From Vulcanimicrobiaceae bacterium (lineage in GTDB: Bacteria; Vulcanimicrobiota; Vulcanimicrobiia; Vulcanimicrobiales; Vulcanimicrobiaceae): 57,811 nucleotides of DNA. The notes under the pieces were generated by a model. That model saw only the letters and a program-made list of their open reading frames with translations. It did no database searches and was not told the origin of the DNA. The position numbers and the translations under genes are program-made. The stretch spans positions 1-57,811 of the forward strand of contig JBHEMH010000007.1 of the NCBI GenBank assembly GCA_046262675.1, read 5' to 3'. Shown piece after piece: positions 54,065-57,811 of this stretch (position 1 is its first letter; every line of letters starts with the position of its first letter).

Positions 54065-54986
54065 AATCGAGCCATGCCATGCGGTCGGAGAATGCCTCGG
54101 GCACATCCAGACTGTGGTCCGCCTTGTAGACGAACGTTCCGTGCGGTAAAGGGGCAGCGGCACTAAATTTCTGCGCTTCGTCTGCGGTAATGTAGCGGTC
54201 TTTGTCGGCGAATTGCAACAGAAATTCTTCGGCTTTGGACTGCGCCAGGTATTGCGGCGGATCGAGTTCCGCCATCTGCGCCGCAAAAGCCGCCGCATCT
54301 TTGGGTTTGGCTTCGTACGTGTACCACTTCTCGAAACTGGGATTGCCCGCCATCAGTACGTACCAGCGCGGCCGCGAGTCGATGCCGCTGAGCACCGCTC
54401 CGTACATTGCACCAAAATCGTGTCCTACGTACGCGATGCGATGAGCCTCGACTCCGGGCTCCGATAGTAAGAGGTCCAGCGAGCGGCGCAAATCGATAAC
54501 TTGTTTGACCGAGTTGGCATAGTCGGTTTCCGGCGTACGTCCTTTCTCGTACCAATCTTTCTGCGCCCACATGGCGTCGATCAGCAACGCCACATTTCCG
54601 CGTTGCGCTACCGTGAGGGCGTCACGATGGAACTCCGTGAGATTTGTTGTCCTCGGGTCGCCCAGCCAATGCACGAAGAGCACGCCACCGCGATGGAGCT
54701 TTGCGCGAGGCAGCATCAACTGCGCTTTGATCGTGCCGCCCTTTGGCGAGGGGAAGGTGAGGTCTTGGATCGTGATCGAGCCCTGGTGACGTTCGCTTAC
54801 AATTTTGACGTCTAGCGGAGCAGCAGCGTTATACGAAAAAGTTTCTACAGCCAAAGGCGTAGCGTGCGCAGGAATACCGAAAGCAAATAGGGCGATGGCT
54901 AAAGCCGCCGCCGCTGCTGAACGTCGTCTCAAACGGTTAATCCTCTTCTTCCTCGAGTGCGCTGATGCGCGGCCGGTTGAATTCAC
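54042..54986 (-). CDS. Secreted alpha/beta hydrolase fold protein (dienelactone-hydrolase/esterase-like)
   Basis: 314 aa. Signal peptide. ...GVLFVHWLG... and YVGHDFGAMYG elbow-like motif. Confidence 0.55.
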   Translation of the reverse strand: MNSTGRASAHSRKKRINRLRRRSAAAAALAIALFAFGIPAHATPLAVETFSYNAAAPLDVKIVSERHQGSITIQDLTFPSPKGGTIKAQLMLPRAKLHRGGVLFVHWLGDPRTTNLTEFHRDALTVAQRGNVALLIDAMWAQKDWYEKGRTPETDYANSVKQVIDLRRSLDLLLSEPGVEAHRIAYVGHDFGAMYGAVLSGIDSRPRWYVLMAGNPSFEKWYTYEAKPKDAAAFAAQMAELDPPQYLAQSKAEEFLLQFADKDRYITADEAQKFSAAAPLPHGTFVYKADHSLDVPEAFSDRMAWLDSRLNPAP

Positions 54987-55097
54987 TCATCGGCTCATCG
55001 TCGAGCGCGCGATTACCGCGCGAACGCTCTTCATCTTCATGAGGGGTAGTATCGGGCAAATCGCCTGGGTCGTGACCATGCATAGTTCTGTGATTCG

Positions 55098-55790
55098 CTA
55101 GTTGTTTTCAAAATCCACGCGGAAGAGGTAGGCCCCGGGCACGCGATCGCAATCAACGACCTTGGGCGAGTAGCTGGTGCGTTTTGCCGCGTCTATGGCG
55201 GCGGCATCCAGAAGGCTACTTCCCGTGGAGGCAAAGATCTTCGCCGCCAGCACCTGACCCGCGGCCGAGAGACTGACCTCAACTTGCGCGCTGCCGGAGA
55301 GTCCTTGGTCGCGCGCCATGGCCGGCATTTCGGGTGCGTATTTGTTGATCGTCGATGCTTCAACGTACGGCGCGGAGCAGGCCGGTTTTGGCGTTGGCGA
55401 GGGCGTCGGCGGGCTCATCGGGGCAGTGGTCGCCTCACTTTTCGGACCGGCAGATGTCGTTACCCCAGGATCGAGCGGTCCTACTCCTACTCCCGTCTCA
55501 CGCGGCTGGGGACCAACCGGAGCGTCAGGTTTGCTGACGTTAGCAAGGCGCGGGAGATGCGGTCGCGCGGGTCTGTTTGAGTGGGCGCGTTGCGCGATCA
55601 TCTTGTGCGGAACCGGTGGTTTGGTCGGCTGCGGTTTCGGAGGCACGATGTGCACGATCCGAATTCGCCCTGGTTTTGGCTCAGGTGCGGCGTCAACAAA
55701 TTTCACATGCACCAAAGGCCCGAGCAGGACGTGGGCAACGATCGAAATTGCGACCGCAAGATAGATGACCTTGACTCGTGTGCGCTTCAT
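55098..55790 (-). CDS. tonB: Energy transducer TonB
   Basis: N-terminal TM. Pro-rich spacer (PKPQPTKPPVP...). C-terminal TonB_C (...AQVEVSLSAAGQVLAAKIFASTGSSLLDAAAIDAAKRTSYSPK...). Start at Met 55790. Confidence 0.75.
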   Translation of the reverse strand: MKRTRVKVIYLAVAISIVAHVLLGPLVHVKFVDAAPEPKPGRIRIVHIVPPKPQPTKPPVPHKMIAQRAHSNRPARPHLPRLANVSKPDAPVGPQPRETGVGVGPLDPGVTTSAGPKSEATTAPMSPPTPSPTPKPACSAPYVEASTINKYAPEMPAMARDQGLSGSAQVEVSLSAAGQVLAAKIFASTGSSLLDAAAIDAAKRTSYSPKVVDCDRVPGAYLFRVDFENN

Positions 55791-55866
55791 GCACCTCAAA
55801 GCGCGCTACCAAACTACAGCGTGACGGAGAAAATCAATGTCACAATTTCCTCCGATGCACTTTGCG

Positions 55867-56112
55867 TTAGGGCTTTGGTGGACCGATCATTTTCATTGGC
55901 TCCTGCGGTTCATGCGGCGCCTGCGCTTGCACAATGTTCTCGCAGTCTTGCTCAGTAAGCGTAATGCCGTACGTCTTGGCAAGGTAGCCGCTAACCGCGC
56001 GCAAGTCGGCATACCCCGGTTGCTCATTGGTGAGCCGCTGACGATACCAGTAGCCGACAAGGGCGCCAAGAAGCATCAACGCCACGGCTACAAATAGCAC
56101 TTCAAGAACCAT
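55867..56112 (-). CDS. Small membrane protein (single N-terminal TM), downstream partner of the SPFH gene
   Basis: MVLEVLFVAVALMLLGALVGYWY... 81 aa. Begins 10 nt after the SPFH stop. Confidence 0.4.
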   Translation of the reverse strand: MVLEVLFVAVALMLLGALVGYWYRQRLTNEQPGYADLRAVSGYLAKTYGITLTEQDCENIVQAQAPHEPQEPMKMIGPPKP

Positions 56113-56121
56113 CGCGATTGC

Positions 56122-57072
56122 CTACTTGGGGGGCTCCGGCGATGGCGCCGTCCCCACATTTCCTATGCCGAGCAACGAGCCCGAGCCAAGAGCTTGCGGC
56201 ATGTCCCCGTGCCATTTTGAATCCAGCAGTTCGATCATCCGCATGCGCACGAGCGCGTCGGCTATCCGCGGATCGCTTCCGAACGACTGCCGGATCGCCT
56301 CATTTGCACGCGCTTGCCCCTTTGCGGTCTCAACGTTTTGGTCGGCCAATACCTTTTTCGTTTTGAGAACGGTGAGTTCTTTTTGGTATTCTTGTTCGGC
56401 GGCGGCTCGCTCTTCCGACGTTTGCTGGTACTTAGCACCAAATGAAATATTGGTGATCGAGACGTACGCAAGGGTGATTCCATATTTTGAAACGTCGTGC
56501 TCCAAGTCACGTTGGAGCGCATTAGCCACGTCCGCGCGGTGCGTAAGAAGCGATGCGGCGTCATACTTTGGTTCGATTTGCTTTAGGTAGAACTCCGCGC
56601 GAGGTTGAATGAGGCGGCTGGCGATGCTTGTGTCGCGCCCATCGTCGCCCTTGAATTGCGAAGCAATGCTCCGCAAATAGTTATCTTGCAGAGAAAAGTT
56701 AATCACAAGATCGTTCTGCGCGTTTTGCTGATCGCGCGTAAACACCGCTGAATCTCGTATCTCAAGCGCGCGCATCTGCATGTTCATTGGGTAAACGCCC
56801 TCAATGATCGGGGCCTTGAAGTTTAGTCCCGGCAGCAGCACCCGGTCCGTCAGGGATCCGTTGCGCGTGACCAAATCGTTGGTTCCGAATGGGACGAACA
56901 CCATGGCCGACGCAACCACGATGCCGATTACGAAGGAAGCGATGAGAGCGGTGGTTCCTTGTGGTGTGGGCCGGATATCAAGGCCTTTGGCGGTTTTGGG
57001 GCCGTGCTCGGCGAGGACATAGAATAAAACGCCGCCGATGACAAGACAGAAAAAGACGATGATAAACTGCAC
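56122..57072 (-). CDS. SPFH/band-7 (prohibitin/stomatin-like) membrane protein
   Basis: 316 aa. N-terminal TM. SPFH core (...LNFKAPIIEGVYPMNMQMRALEI...) and a long C-terminal coiled coil. Confidence 0.8.
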   Translation of the reverse strand: MQFIIVFFCLVIGGVLFYVLAEHGPKTAKGLDIRPTPQGTTALIASFVIGIVVASAMVFVPFGTNDLVTRNGSLTDRVLLPGLNFKAPIIEGVYPMNMQMRALEIRDSAVFTRDQQNAQNDLVINFSLQDNYLRSIASQFKGDDGRDTSIASRLIQPRAEFYLKQIEPKYDAASLLTHRADVANALQRDLEHDVSKYGITLAYVSITNISFGAKYQQTSEERAAAEQEYQKELTVLKTKKVLADQNVETAKGQARANEAIRQSFGSDPRIADALVRMRMIELLDSKWHGDMPQALGSGSLLGIGNVGTAPSPEPPK

Positions 57073-57236
57073 GAAAGCTCCTTTTGATTACCCACCCGAC
57101 CGTACTCTACGGGCTACCGAAAGTTACGAATGCACCCCGCTTCAGCCAAAGATGCATTCGCCCTGCGAGCTGAAGCAAATACGAAGCGGCTTCGAGATTG
57201 ATTTCGTCCGCAAGAGCGCTCCATCGTAGATTCGCG

Positions 57237-57701
57237 CTATTGAGAACCTCTGCGGTGCCACGCAAGTCGGCCAGGACTCGAAAAACAGTAGTCGTCGTAT
57301 TGTCTCAATTCGCCGAGCTCATCGATGAGCCCAACCCGCAGGTGATGCTGCGCCTTAGGCAATGCCACGAACGACAACAGTACTACCGTACTTTTTGAGG
57401 ACATTAGGGGATGTACTTCCACGACTTGGGCGCCATCCAATTGGTAGCCCAATCCCCAGTCATCTGAAATTGTTAGAGAAGGATCCCGTCGTAAGGAGTC
57501 CTCCGAAATTCCAAGATTCAGCCAGGCCGTGAACCGAGTGCCATCGAGTGATGCCTTCTTCATGACCACGTATTCACCAGCGTCGATGTAAATGTGCATC
57601 CTATCCTTGCAGTACGGTAGTTGCTGCAGAATATGGTTCGCAGCAAGGACAGGCCGGGCAACGAACAACATGACCATCGCGACAATTAGTGCACTCTTCA
57701 T
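57237..57701 (-). CDS. Hypothetical secreted protein
   Basis: Signal peptide MKSALIVAMVMLFVARPVLAA. No domain recognised. Confidence 0.4.
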   Translation of the reverse strand: MKSALIVAMVMLFVARPVLAANHILQQLPYCKDRMHIYIDAGEYVVMKKASLDGTRFTAWLNLGISEDSLRRDPSLTISDDWGLGYQLDGAQVVEVHPLMSSKSTVVLLSFVALPKAQHHLRVGLIDELGELRQYDDYCFSSPGRLAWHRRGSQ

Positions 57702-57761
57702 ATCGACAGATTGCTTTCGATCCTAGTTTGTGACCTCTAGACGACCGCACGATGCAAGAAG

Positions 57762-57797
57762 CCCCGGAAATTAACCGGGGCTTCTTAAAATGGCGAC
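57762..57797. terminator. Strong GC hairpin (AGAAGCCCCGG-aaattaa-CCGGGGCTTCT), possibly a bidirectional terminator or regulatory site
   Basis: 11-bp perfect inverted repeat with 7-nt loop. Lies upstream of the last minus-strand gene. The flanks are only weakly U-rich. Confidence 0.35.
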
Positions 57798-57811
57798 GTT
57801 GAAGGGGCTCG

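Noticed and set aside
1-57811. Looked for CRISPR arrays, rRNA genes, IS/transposase or integrase genes
   Set aside because: No direct-repeat/spacer arrays and no rRNA-like or transposase/integrase-like translations were seen in any frame.

Overview
This is a 57.8-kb high-GC (about 60-63% by eye) bacterial chromosomal segment, gene-dense on both strands. No rRNA, CRISPR array, transposase or integrase genes were seen. All calls rest on motif recognition from the supplied six-frame translations and are unverified by any search.

Main content:
- **Flagellar locus (1-5791, minus strand):** flgB-flgC-fliE, an intrinsic terminator, a Hanks-type Ser/Thr kinase with two PASTA repeats, then flgF-flgG-flgA-flgH (partial). 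FliA/sigma-28-like promoter motifs precede flgB and flgF.
- **ABC exporter, zinc-ribbon/DUF4870 membrane protein, CPD photolyase, GNAT.**
- **ECF sigma factor with a ZAS-type anti-sigma** whose periplasmic end is a TonB C-terminal domain.
- **A roughly 10-kb co-directional gene string (10.2-20.1 kb)** in which molybdenum-cofactor genes (moaA, moeB with rhodanese, moaE, moaD) are interleaved with queG, an aldo/keto reductase, an orphan rfbC-like cupin, hydrolases, a GNAT and small unknown proteins.
- **A GspS-like / circularly permuted ATP-grasp ligase** flanked by small secreted proteins, followed by a 159-bp intergenic element bounded by 18-bp inverted repeats (MITE-like).
- **A PhoU-like protein, a class-V aminotransferase and an hbd-crt-esterase / thiolase / TlpA cluster.**
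- **A DUF2249-Crp/Fnr fusion regulator.**
- **A Firmicutes-like rsmD-coaD-x-ylbL operon**, DUF885, a double-unit M16 peptidase, recG and panE.
- **tRNA-Gly(CCC) and tRNA-Cys(GCA)** next to a split non-homologous end-joining (NHEJ) pair: a standalone ATP-dependent DNA ligase and a standalone LigD primase-polymerase (PolDom). No Ku gene is in the window.
- **Poorly characterised membrane proteins, a solute-binding protein, a triple-SLH lipoprotein.**
- **tRNA-Phe followed by a lower-GC Endonuclease VII-like gene**, a possible integrated-element remnant.
- **An orphan RND pump, TonB, and an SPFH/band-7 pair.**

The most interesting candidates for follow-up are the PASTA kinase embedded in the flagellar rod/ring cluster with a terminator immediately upstream, the ZAS anti-sigma with a TonB C-terminal domain, the DUF2249-Crp fusion, the ATP-grasp ligase neighbourhood with its MITE-like element, the NHEJ pair with its AT-rich islet, and the tRNA-Phe-adjacent EndoVII islet.
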